From positions 10,396 through 74,395 of the forward strand of contig CAIWVP010000148.1 of assembly GCA_903916195.1 (NCBI GenBank): a stretch of DNA of 64,000 bases, read 5' to 3'. Under the pieces are notes generated by a model that did not search any database, was not told the origin of the DNA, and saw only the letters and a program-made list of their open reading frames with translations. Source of the stretch: an uncultured Verrucomicrobiota bacterium (lineage in GTDB: Bacteria > Verrucomicrobiota > Verrucomicrobiia > Limisphaerales > UBA9464). The position numbers and the translations under genes are program-made. This document shows positions 8,986 to 17,291 of this stretch, piece after piece. How positions within the stretch are numbered: position 1 is the stretch's first letter; every line of letters begins with the position of its first letter.

Positions 8986-9349
8986 CCGGGTGTCGCGCCA
9001 CATGACGGAGAGGGTCCCCGCGATCCATGCGAAGCGCGGCGAATCCGCAGCGACGACAAGGCACCGCGAGTCATAGAGGCATCGGCACCGAACCACCTCG
9101 ATTTTTCGGGTGTGTCCTCCATTCCGCGTCTCATCGCGTGCCCCGCGGGCTGGTCTTTCCGCGGACCGGCCCTCCAAGAATCTTGTGCTATTTCCCGGGT
9201 CGGTGGCGTTGCTTCAATCAAGTGGACCCCCTCACGACAGTGCTGAGAGGAGTTTCTCCACCATCCGTCCCCGGTCCATCCGACGTCTCGTCATTGCGGC
9301 GGTCCGACCCAGCCTCTGGCCCTGACCCGCGATCGGGCGTCCCGGATCC

Positions 9350-9387
9350 AAAAACAAAAAAGGGGCAGCCTTGCGGCTGCCCCTTTT
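9350..9387. terminator. bidirectional rho-independent terminator
   Basis: Perfect 9-bp GC stem: ggggcagcc (9362-9370), loop ttgc, ggctgcccc (9375-9383). It is flanked by an A-run (9350-9361) and tttt (9384-9387). It sits between the convergent sigma gene and the pseudopilin-like gene that ends at 9403. Confidence 0.7.
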
Positions 9388-9402
9388 GAAGAACTGGGAA
9401 GC

Positions 9403-10182
9403 TTAGCGCTTCGGGAACAGGAACTCCTGGTCACCACCGACGGACACGCCGGCGTCACGGACCTGCTCGCGGAGGCGGCCGGACGTGGTCTGCTGGACCG
9501 AGCCGTCACCGAGCAACAGGTTGCCGGCGTTCTGGTGGATCTTGCCATCATAGCCGAGGACCGACTTCGCATCGCTGGCCTGGGCTTGGGTGAGCTTGAT
9601 ATAACCGGCGACCTTGCCCACCGAGCCGTCCATGGGGGGCGTGCTGTTGGTGATGTTGCGATCACCACCGAGGATCGACTGCGGATTCTCTTCCGAGGCC
9701 GTGGTGCCGATGAAGTAGCTGACGGCCTTGTTGCCGGTGAAGTCGTTGGTCCGCATGATCGCCGCGAAGTTCGGGGCGGTCTTGGTGTCGGAATCCGACG
9801 GGCAGGCGATGATCTTGGGCGTGCTGAGCTCGTTGGAGATGGCAGCGAGGTGGACCCAAGCGGAGCCGAGGGTCTGGCTAGCGTTAGCAGAAGCGCCCGT
9901 GCCACCGGAGACCGTCGCACCCGCGGTGGTGTTGAACTCCGAGGTCCCGCCCTGGTTGGTGGAGATGTTCCAAGGGAACGAACCGCCGTTGTCGGTCGAG
10001 AAGATACGGAACGCGAGGCCGACGTTCTTCAGGTTGTTGACGCAGGAGATGCGGTTGGCCTTGGCCTTCGCCTTGGCGAGCGCCGGGAGGAGCATGCCCG
10101 CGAGGATCGCGATGATGGCGATGACGACGAGGAGTTCGATCAGCGTGAAGGCGCTGAAACGCTGCTTACGGAGACGAGTCAT
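9403..10182 (-). CDS. prepilin-type N-terminal cleavage/methylation domain protein (PVC-type pseudopilin-like, DG-motif C-terminus)
   Basis: The track ORF extends to 10374. The internal ATG at 10182 gives [39 protein letters not shown], a canonical prepilin leader plus hydrophobic helix. This is followed by [17 protein letters not shown] and a C-terminal [11 protein letters not shown] motif. Confidence 0.85.
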   Translation of the reverse strand: MTRLRKQRFSAFTLIELLVVIAIIAILAGMLLPALAKAKAKANRISCVNNLKNVGLAFRIFSTDNGGSFPWNISTNQGGTSEFNTTAGATVSGGTGASANASQTLGSAWVHLAAISNELSTPKIIACPSDSDTKTAPNFAAIMRTNDFTGNKAVSYFIGTTASEENPQSILGGDRNITNSTPPMDGSVGKVAGYIKLTQAQASDAKSVLGYDGKIHQNAGNLLLGDGSVQQTTSGRLREQVRDAGVSVGGDQEFLFPKR

Positions 10183-10572
10183 AGGTTTTTTAGTGAGTGA
10201 TCGGAGTTGTGTGAGGCGACTATCTAGTGACGCTCGTTCGACAGTCAACGCCTTTCTCCTTCCCCTAAGCAGCGCCAGTGCCACGTGCACCAAAGGCCTA
10301 AAAACAGGGCTTTCCTGCGCAAGACCGCACGGGACATGCGTGAAGATCCGTCGCCATGAGTGGGATCCACGCATCTTTTTTCCCGAGTGTCACCGCGATG
10401 ATACACGCTCGCTGGGCAGACCCTCTGGATTTTGTGCCCGATCCGACGCGAGGGCGACCTCGGATGGAGCGGATAGTTTGCCCGACCGCGGAAGGAAGGA
10501 CGCCGCTGGGACCGGAACGCGACCGCGCGCAGCGGATCCCACCGGCGTCGGCTCGCCCGACGCCGGGTGCGG

Positions 10573-11508
10573 TCATCCCTTGTCCGCGAAAAGAGCGCGG
10601 TCGAGCAGGCCGGTCACGGTGATCATCGGCGTGTTCACGCATTGGCTGATCCTCAGGTCGAGGGCGACGCTGCACAGGATGTAGGCGTGCTGCGGCGACA
10701 GCGAGAGACGCGCCATCAGGAAATCGATCGCTTGGTGGATCACGTCGCGCGCCGCGTCCATCGCCTGTTCGGCCGAGGCGATGAAGGCGAAGGCACCCAG
10801 GGCGGGGAGCGCCGGCGCCTTGGGCGGAGGAAGTTCGGCGAACGGCTGGTCGAGCCGGAAGTCACGGCGCACGGTGAGCTGCAACTCGGCGTCGACCGGG
10901 GCCTCGATGCCGTTGATGCAGACCTCGCCGTCGCCTTGGGCGGCATGGGCGTCGCCCGCGGAGAAGAGGGCACCTTCGTTGAACACCGGCAGATAGAGCG
11001 TCGCTCCCGCGACCAGTTGCCGGATGTCCAGGTTGCCGCCGAACGGACCCGGCGGCCGGGTGCGGTGCTCACCGGGCGTGGGTGGCGCCACGCCCATGAT
11101 GCCGAGGAACGGAGCCAGCGGCAGCGTCACGGGCGAGAGAGAACGGCTGAAGGTCTCCTCCAGTTCCCAGATGAACAGGAAAAGGTCCGGGAAGCGTCCG
11201 GGCAAGGCGCCGAGTCCGGGCACGAGACTGGTCCAGCCCCAGCCGTGATGGCGGACGCGGCGGACCTTGATCTCCAGCACGTCGCCCGGTCGCGCCCCCT
11301 GGACGAAGACCGGGCCGGTGATGGTGTGGATGCGGCCGCGGTCGATCTTGGCGTAGTCTTCCAGCGTGCTCGCGGGCGTGACCTGGCCACCGCTTGAATC
11401 GAAGCACTCGAACTCCACGACATCGCCCGACGCGATCTCGAGCGCGGGCGGGAGCCGGTTGTCCCAACGGGTATGGACGTGGGCCTTGGAAAGGAAGTGC
11501 TCGGCCAT
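10573..11508 (-). CDS. acetamidase/formamidase family protein (FmdA/AmdA)
   Basis: 311-aa ORF with ATG at 11508. The N-terminus HTRWDNRLPPALEIASGDVVEFECFD...ITGPVFVQGARPGDVLEIKV, and later GGNLDIRQL...GDAHAAQGDGEVC, are characteristic of the FmdA_AmdA family. Confidence 0.85.
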   Translation of the reverse strand: MAEHFLSKAHVHTRWDNRLPPALEIASGDVVEFECFDSSGGQVTPASTLEDYAKIDRGRIHTITGPVFVQGARPGDVLEIKVRRVRHHGWGWTSLVPGLGALPGRFPDLFLFIWELEETFSRSLSPVTLPLAPFLGIMGVAPPTPGEHRTRPPGPFGGNLDIRQLVAGATLYLPVFNEGALFSAGDAHAAQGDGEVCINGIEAPVDAELQLTVRRDFRLDQPFAELPPPKAPALPALGAFAFIASAEQAMDAARDVIHQAIDFLMARLSLSPQHAYILCSVALDLRISQCVNTPMITVTGLLDRALFADKG

Positions 11509-11509
11509 A

Positions 11510-11971
11510 TCAGTGGATCTCCACGGTCATCTGGACCTCGACCGCCGCGCCGAGGGGCAGGCCGTTGACGCCGATGGCCGCACGGACGTGGCGCCCCGCG
11601 TCGCCGAAGACCGCCACGAGCAGGTCCGAGGCGCCGTTGATGACCTTGGGGCTGGCGGAGAAATCGGGCACGCAGTTCACGTAGCCGTTCACGACGACGA
11701 CCTGCTTCACCCGGTCCAGATCACCGACGGCGGCCTGGAGGTTGGCCAGCAGGTTGAGGGCACAGATCCTGGCGGCCGAGTAGCCTTGTTCGACGCTGAG
11801 TCCGCCGCCCACCTTCCCGGCGTGGGTCAGCTTGCCGTTCCAACTGGAGATCACACCCGGAAGGAACACCAGGTTGCCGACGACGCGGAACGGCAGGTAA
11901 TTGCCGCCGGATGCGGGCGGTCCGGGCAGCTCGAGGTCGAGTTCAGCCAGCCTGGCCAGGACGGCGCTCAT
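11510..11971 (-). CDS. RidA/YjgF-family reactive-intermediate (imine) deaminase-like protein
   Basis: 153-aa ORF whose stop lies 1 nt from the formamidase start. The pattern is YjgF/RidA-like (NLVFLPGVIS...GGLSVEQGYSAARICALNLLANL...VNGYVN...RAAIGVNGLPLGAAVEV). Confidence 0.8.
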   Translation of the reverse strand: MSAVLARLAELDLELPGPPASGGNYLPFRVVGNLVFLPGVISSWNGKLTHAGKVGGGLSVEQGYSAARICALNLLANLQAAVGDLDRVKQVVVVNGYVNCVPDFSASPKVINGASDLLVAVFGDAGRHVRAAIGVNGLPLGAAVEVQMTVEIH

Positions 11972-11975
11972 GCGA

Positions 11976-12431
11976 TCAGTTCTTCGTCGTGGCGGGATCG
12001 GCCGGCGGCGACGCGCGGTTGATCTCGAAGGCGACCTTCTGGATCCCGGCCAGCTTCACCTTGTCGAGCACGTCGATGACCGATCCGAAGAACACCTCGC
12101 GGTCGCCGCTGATGTACACCCGCGGTCCGTTGGTGCCCGCCTTGTTCAGCTTGACCAGCTCGGCGATGAGGGCACCGCGGTCCATCGGCTTCTTGTCGAG
12201 GAAGACGTCGCCCTTCTTGTCCACGCTGATGGTGTAGAAGTCGGACTTGGACTCCGGCTGGGCCGACGAAGCGACCGGCAGGTTCACCTTGATCCCCTTC
12301 ATCTGGATCATGCTCAGGCTCACGAGCATGAAGCACGCGAGCAGGAAGAACATGATGTCGATCAGCGGGATGATCTCGATGCGGGCCTTGCCGCCGTGGC
12401 CGTTACGCGACCGTCGTGAGCTTAGCTTCAT
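11976..12431 (-). CDS. exbD: biopolymer transporter ExbD/TolR
   Basis: 151-aa ORF. The ExbD hallmark is IEIIPLIDIMFFLLACFMLV followed by a periplasmic domain (ISGDREVFFGSVIDVLDKVKLAGIQKVAF). Its start overlaps the ExbB gene end by 29 nt. Confidence 0.85.
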   Translation of the reverse strand: MKLSSRRSRNGHGGKARIEIIPLIDIMFFLLACFMLVSLSMIQMKGIKVNLPVASSAQPESKSDFYTISVDKKGDVFLDKKPMDRGALIAELVKLNKAGTNGPRVYISGDREVFFGSVIDVLDKVKLAGIQKVAFEINRASPPADPATTKN

Positions 12432-13056
12432 TCTTCTTGAACTTGTAGGCCTCGACGAGGACTTCGACGTTGGTGGCGACGGTCTCCAGCTCCCGTTGGA
12501 GGCGGTCGACCTTCCGGTTATAGAAATTGTAGGGGACCAGGCAGAAGATCGCCGTCCCCAGCCCGTAGGCGGTCGCGATCAGTGCCTCGGCGATGCCACC
12601 GGAAACCTTGGTCGCCGCGAGCTCGTCGGTGCCGACGAAGTTGAACGAGTGCATGATGCCGGTGACGGTCCCGAGCAGCCCCAGCAGCGGCGCCAAGGTG
12701 ATGACCGTGTCCATCACCGGAAGAAAGCGCTCGGCCCGATCGACCTCGTCCGAGGCCGCCACCTGGAGGGCGCCGGGAAGCGAATCGGCCGTGTGCGCGT
12801 AGTTCAGCCCCTCCCAGATCATCCGGATGGCCGGGTCCGGCGAGGACCGCGCCATGCTGGAGGCCACCGCGAGGTCGCCGGCTTTGAGCGCCTCGAACAC
12901 CTTGCGCCGGCGGTCCATGTCCTTCTTGGGCCGCTGCTGGCTCCACCAGAGGAAACGTTCGCCGACGACGGCCAACGCCACGATGGAACAGATGAGCAGC
13001 GGCCACATGATCGGTCCGCCCTTGATGAAAGTGTCGATGACGATATTGGCCAGCAT
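12403..13056 (-). CDS. exbB: MotA/TolQ/ExbB proton-channel protein
   Basis: The track ORF runs to 13293. The ATG at 13056 gives MLANIVIDTFIKGGPIMWPLLICSIVALAVV. The conserved C-terminal half is LAPLLGLLGTVTGIMHSF...GGIAEALIATAYGLGTAIF. The start choice is uncertain; 13119 is also possible. Confidence 0.8.
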   Translation of the reverse strand: MLANIVIDTFIKGGPIMWPLLICSIVALAVVGERFLWWSQQRPKKDMDRRRKVFEALKAGDLAVASSMARSSPDPAIRMIWEGLNYAHTADSLPGALQVAASDEVDRAERFLPVMDTVITLAPLLGLLGTVTGIMHSFNFVGTDELAATKVSGGIAEALIATAYGLGTAIFCLVPYNFYNRKVDRLQRELETVATNVEVLVEAYKFKKNEAKLTTVA

Positions 13057-13343
13057 AGCTTGGTAGGGGCGGTGCGAACGCACGTCGCCTCCGACCGGCA
13101 GTAGCAGGCGCTCTGCCATCAACCGCGAAGATCGCGGCGCACATGCGTCCCCATCCGGAAACGCCAGCAAAGCGGCCGCGTGTCTTAGCGTATCGCTCCA
13201 CGAAGACGCGGAGGCCTGTGGTCCGGATCTGTGGTGCCGCAAAAAAAACGCCAACCGGACGGGACGGGTTGGTCGAACTTGTCCGTTTCGCACGCAGCAA
13301 CACCGTCACGGGACCATGGAAGCAAAGCTGCTCTCCGGCCGGC

Positions 13344-14231
13344 ATGGCTGATCCTACCTTGGTCCCTCGGCGCGCACGCCTCGCCACGATGTTCGTCCTG
13401 ATCGGTGCGTCCCTGTCCGGTATGCTCCGACCTGCCCACCCGGTGGCGCAGGAGCTGGTCCCGGCAGCGGATCCTCCCGAGGTGCGCTTCCTCACGTTCG
13501 CGCCCAGCACCTATACGAAACGGTACGATTCGGTCCGCGCCGGATTGGGCATCGCCCTCCAACTCGGACGCCTGGCCGAAGAGCATCGGCTGCCGGTGAA
13601 GATCGGCTTCATCAACGGCGTCCCCGCGCTGCGCAACGAGGGCGAGGCCCGTGCCCTGTTGCGGGGCGCTCCGGTGATCGTGGTCGGTGGTTCGACCTGG
13701 TCGCAGGGATCGTCGGCTCCGTTGAGACGGTTCTTCGAGATGACCGGCTCGGAATCGCTCTGGGGGGTCTCGGCCTCGGTTTGGGCCACTTCGGGGGGAA
13801 GCCACACCGGCGGCGAGATGGTCGTGCTCGACTCGATGCGCTCGCTGATGGGGATGGGCGCGCAGACGTTCACGCTCGGGCAAAAACTCATGGTCTTCAC
13901 CACGGACGAACGCACCGGCGTGCCCGCCGGCGAGTTCACGCTGCTGGACTGCTGGTACATGGAGCAGTTCGCCAAGACGCTCCTCCTCGCCGCCCACGCC
14001 AAAGGCGATCCGCTCAAGGCGAAGGGGCTGGCGCAGACGCTGAAGCTGACCCACGCCTACTACTTCGGACTTCCCAAGACGAACGAGGAACTGGTGCCCC
14101 GGCACGAGGAGATCCGCGGATGGATCAACACCGCCGCCGACAAGAAGTCCGCCGCGCTGGCCGCCATCGCCCGGCGGCTGGGCCTGGCTGCCGAGGCGCT
14201 GCGTCCGGCGCTTCCCGGCATCAGCGAATGA
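13344..14231 (+). CDS. exported flavodoxin-like (WrbA-like fold) protein, paralog of 31416..32219
   Basis: The track ORF begins at 13143. The ATG at 13344 gives MADPTLVPRRARLATMFVLIGASLSG, an RR-containing signal-like N-terminus. The core VIVVGGSTWSQGSSAPLRRFFEMTG...ATSGGSHTGGEMVVLDSM resembles the WrbA/flavodoxin-like pattern (PTRFG...FLDQTG...STG.GGGQE). It is clearly paralogous to the ORF at 31416. Confidence 0.55.
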   Translation: MADPTLVPRRARLATMFVLIGASLSGMLRPAHPVAQELVPAADPPEVRFLTFAPSTYTKRYDSVRAGLGIALQLGRLAEEHRLPVKIGFINGVPALRNEGEARALLRGAPVIVVGGSTWSQGSSAPLRRFFEMTGSESLWGVSASVWATSGGSHTGGEMVVLDSMRSLMGMGAQTFTLGQKLMVFTTDERTGVPAGEFTLLDCWYMEQFAKTLLLAAHAKGDPLKAKGLAQTLKLTHAYYFGLPKTNEELVPRHEEIRGWINTAADKKSAALAAIARRLGLAAEALRPALPGISE

Positions 14232-14267
14232 CCACGCCGTTCCCGTTGCCCCTCAATTTCAGCACCC

Positions 14268-14735
14268 ATGACCGACCTGATCGATGCCCGTTGCATGCAA
14301 AAAGCGTTCGCCGTCGCCCAGAGCGCCAGGGCCGACGGCAACCCTCCGTTCGGGGCGGTCCTGGCCGACGGACAGGGCGGCGTCCTCCTGCGCGCTGAGA
14401 ACACGGTGGACACCGGCGGCGACTGCACGGGACACGCCGAGACCAATCGGATGCGGATGGCGACGAAGACGTTCCCCGCGTCCCGTTTGGCGACCTTCAC
14501 CCTCTATTCCAGCACCGAGCCGTGCCCGATGTGCGCCGGCGCGATCTTCTGGGGCAACCTGCGGCGCGTGGTCCACGGGCTGGGGCAGGCTTCGCTGTAT
14601 GCGATGACCGGGGATCCACCACTCAAGCTGCCGCTGGGCTGCCGGGAGGTCCTGTCGCACCGCGGGCAAGCGACCGAGATCATCGGACCGGCCTTGGAAG
14701 AAGAAGCCCGGTCCGTCCACGCGGGCTTTTGGTGA
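14268..14735 (+). CDS. CDA-fold nucleobase/nucleoside deaminase (guanine/cytosine deaminase-like)
   Basis: 155-aa ORF with ATG at 14268. The zinc motifs HAE (TGHAETN) and PCPMC (TEPCPMCAGAIFW) match the cytidine/deoxycytidylate deaminase fold. Its size is typical of small GuaD/FCY1-type base deaminases. Confidence 0.85.
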   Translation: MTDLIDARCMQKAFAVAQSARADGNPPFGAVLADGQGGVLLRAENTVDTGGDCTGHAETNRMRMATKTFPASRLATFTLYSSTEPCPMCAGAIFWGNLRRVVHGLGQASLYAMTGDPPLKLPLGCREVLSHRGQATEIIGPALEEEARSVHAGFW

Positions 14736-14761
14736 CGTCGAACCGCGTATCAGGAATGAGT

Positions 14762-15712
14762 TCACTTCGGCATGAACTCCGTGGTGAAGGCGGTCTTGTA
14801 ATCGAACCCCTTCTTCAGCAGCCCGAGGTCCTTGAGGACGTCGTATTGGAACTTCCACCGGGCATCGACGAAGCGGCCGACGACGTCGCCCATCTCCGGA
14901 TCGCCCAGGACGAACTTCCCTTCTTTCAGCGCCCGCCAGGAGAACTTCATCTTCTCCGCATCCAGCTCGGGGTTGCGCTTCTGGAGCTCGGCGTGCACAG
15001 CGTCAGGATCCTCCATGTATTCCTTCCAGCCGCGGATGGACGCTCCGACAAAAGCGCGGACGACCTCCGGATTCGCCGCGGCGTACTTCCGAGTGGTGAA
15101 GAAGACGCGGTACGGATCGTAGCCGGTCTTCTGCAGCGGCAGCACCCGGGCCTTCTTGCCGGCCTTCTGGACGAAGAAGGGTTCCGAGGTGACGAAGCAC
15201 TGGGTGATGTGGTCGGGGTCGTTGAGGAACGGCGCGACGCTGAAGGTCAGCGGGCGTTCCTTCACGTTCTTCAGGTGGAAGCGTTTCACCATGTAGCTGA
15301 ACCACGCGGAGCCAGGGACCAACGCGATCGTCCTGCCTTCGAGGTCCTCGAACTTCCGCACGGGCGACGCGTCGTGGACCATGATGCCCTGCGGATCGTG
15401 CTGCATCGTCGCCCCTACCGCGACGACCGGGAGCCCTCGCTCGATGGCCAGGAGCACGTCCTCCGTGGCTGTCATCGCGATGTCCGCTTGGCCGGAGGCC
15501 GTCCGCGGCAGGGCGAACGACGACGGTCCGCCCGCCAGGATCTCTACATCCAGCCCGGCCTCGCGGTAGTAGCCCTTGAGCAGCGCGTGGTAGAAGCCGC
15601 CGTGTTCCGGCTGCGGATACCAGTCGGTCAGGAACTTGACCTTCTTCAGCTCGGCGGCAGACGCGGCGGCGCCCACCACCAGCAACAGGAGCGACAGGAT
15701 CAACGGGCGCAT
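14762..15712 (-). CDS. ABC transporter substrate-binding protein, NMT1/THI5-like (NitT/TauT family)
   Basis: The track ORF runs to 15994. The ATG at 15712 gives a signal peptide (MRPLILSLLLLVVGAAASAAE). The mature protein begins LKKVKFLTDWYPQPEHGGFYHALLKGYYREAGLDVEI, typical of NMT1/THI5/SsuA-type binding proteins. Confidence 0.8.
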   Translation of the reverse strand: MRPLILSLLLLVVGAAASAAELKKVKFLTDWYPQPEHGGFYHALLKGYYREAGLDVEILAGGPSSFALPRTASGQADIAMTATEDVLLAIERGLPVVAVGATMQHDPQGIMVHDASPVRKFEDLEGRTIALVPGSAWFSYMVKRFHLKNVKERPLTFSVAPFLNDPDHITQCFVTSEPFFVQKAGKKARVLPLQKTGYDPYRVFFTTRKYAAANPEVVRAFVGASIRGWKEYMEDPDAVHAELQKRNPELDAEKMKFSWRALKEGKFVLGDPEMGDVVGRFVDARWKFQYDVLKDLGLLKKGFDYKTAFTTEFMPK

Positions 15713-15725
15713 GGATCGTGGGGGT

Positions 15726-17081
15726 TCAACGACGCTCTTGGATGCGGGCCGCGGTCTTGCGGTGATGTTCGAGCAGGCGCGGCAGATCGACGCCGACCAG
15801 CTGCCCGTCGGCGACGCGGACCTCGCCGTGGACGACGAGGGTGTCGACCGTCCGCGGATGGCAGAGGAGGAGCGCGTGGACCTTGTTCTCAGCACCGTTG
15901 CTCCAGAGGTCCTCGGCGGGGAACACGGCGAGGTCGGCGCACTTGCCGGGCTCGATGGAACCGAGATCCGCCGTGCGTCCCAGGTTCCGGGCACCGTCGA
16001 GCGTGGCCATCTCCAGGACCTTCTCGACGGTCATCGACTCCGCGCCGTGGACGACCCGCGTGAGGAAGAGCGCCAGCCGCGCCTCGTTGAGCATGTGGCC
16101 TGAATCGTTGGAGGCGCTGCCGTCCACGCCGAGGCTGACCGGCGAGCCGCCGTCCCGGAGGTCGTTGACGCGGCAGATCCCGGAGCCGAGGCGCATGTTC
16201 GAGCAGGGGCAATGCGCGACGCCCATCTTGTTGCGGGTGAGATGCGCGACCTCGGCGTCATCGAAATGGATCCCGTGGGCCAGCCAGATGTCGTCGCCCT
16301 CCCATTCGTAGGCGCTGAGGCATTCCACCGGGCGCATGCCGAGCGTGGCCACGGCGTCGACGTTCTCGGCGATGGTCTCCCCGGAATGCGTGTGCATCCG
16401 GACCTTCAGCTTGCGGGCAAGGCGGGCGGTCTCCTTGTAGAGCGTGCCTCCGCAGCCGAAGACGGTGCAGGGCGCGAACGCCACCTGCCACATGGATCCA
16501 GGGCCGCCGTCGTGGTACTTGTCAAAGAGGCGTTGGCAATCTTCGAGGATCGCATCGGTCTTCTGGCAGGCCCATTCCGGCATGACCGGGCTCGGGTTGT
16601 CGACGCTGCCCCGGCATCCGACGTACCGGACGCCCATCGATTCTGCGGCATGGAATCCCGCGTCGAGGATGTCGCGCGAAGCGGCCGCCGGGAAAAGATA
16701 GTGGTGGTCGCTGGTCAACGTGCAGCCGGAGAGCATCAGCTCGGCGACGGCGACCTGCGTGGCGACGAAGAGGTCGTCGGGCGTGAAGCCTTTCCAAAGC
16801 GGGATGTGGCCCGCCAGCCAAGGAAGAAGCGGAAGGTTGGAGATCGGGGTGAACGCACGCGCCAGGTTCTGGAACATGTGATGGTGCGTGTTGATCATCC
16901 CCGGGATGCAGATGCCACCCTTGGCATCGACGACGCGTGCGCCTTCCAGGCTAGGGACCGGGCCGGTGCCGACCTGTTTGACCCACCCCTCCTCGGCGAC
17001 GACGTAGGCGTCCCTCAGCACCTCCCGTCGGGGATTCATGGTGACGAGGTGGCCGATGTTCTTGATGAGGAGTCGCGTCAC
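15726..17081 (-). CDS. amidohydrolase-superfamily deaminase/chlorohydrolase (ATZ/TRZ-like, 8-oxoguanine-deaminase-like)
   Basis: The track ORF starts at a TTG at 17117. The GTG at 17081 gives (M)TRLLIKNIGHLVTMNP, a typical N-terminus for this family. The metal ligand motif is GMINTHHHMFQ, with later HSGE, GVAHCPCSN and GVDGSASND. Its stop lies 13 nt from the downstream binding-protein start. Confidence 0.85.
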   Translation of the reverse strand: MTRLLIKNIGHLVTMNPRREVLRDAYVVAEEGWVKQVGTGPVPSLEGARVVDAKGGICIPGMINTHHHMFQNLARAFTPISNLPLLPWLAGHIPLWKGFTPDDLFVATQVAVAELMLSGCTLTSDHHYLFPAAASRDILDAGFHAAESMGVRYVGCRGSVDNPSPVMPEWACQKTDAILEDCQRLFDKYHDGGPGSMWQVAFAPCTVFGCGGTLYKETARLARKLKVRMHTHSGETIAENVDAVATLGMRPVECLSAYEWEGDDIWLAHGIHFDDAEVAHLTRNKMGVAHCPCSNMRLGSGICRVNDLRDGGSPVSLGVDGSASNDSGHMLNEARLALFLTRVVHGAESMTVEKVLEMATLDGARNLGRTADLGSIEPGKCADLAVFPAEDLWSNGAENKVHALLLCHPRTVDTLVVHGEVRVADGQLVGVDLPRLLEHHRKTAARIQERR

Positions 17082-17291
17082 GGGGAAGTCGGGGAACGGT
17101 TGACCGCAGATGGACAAAGACCGACACAGACCCGAGAAGCCGATCCGTCCGAAGAAGGGTCCGATCCGGGACCCCGCGGAAACGTCTCGCCGCCAGGACA
17201 GGCAGGGCGGAACTCCGCCGGCGATCCAGCGGCGGGGCGTCTTTGTCGGTCTGCGTCCATCTCAGGTCGGGACACCGGGCGGATGCCGGAG

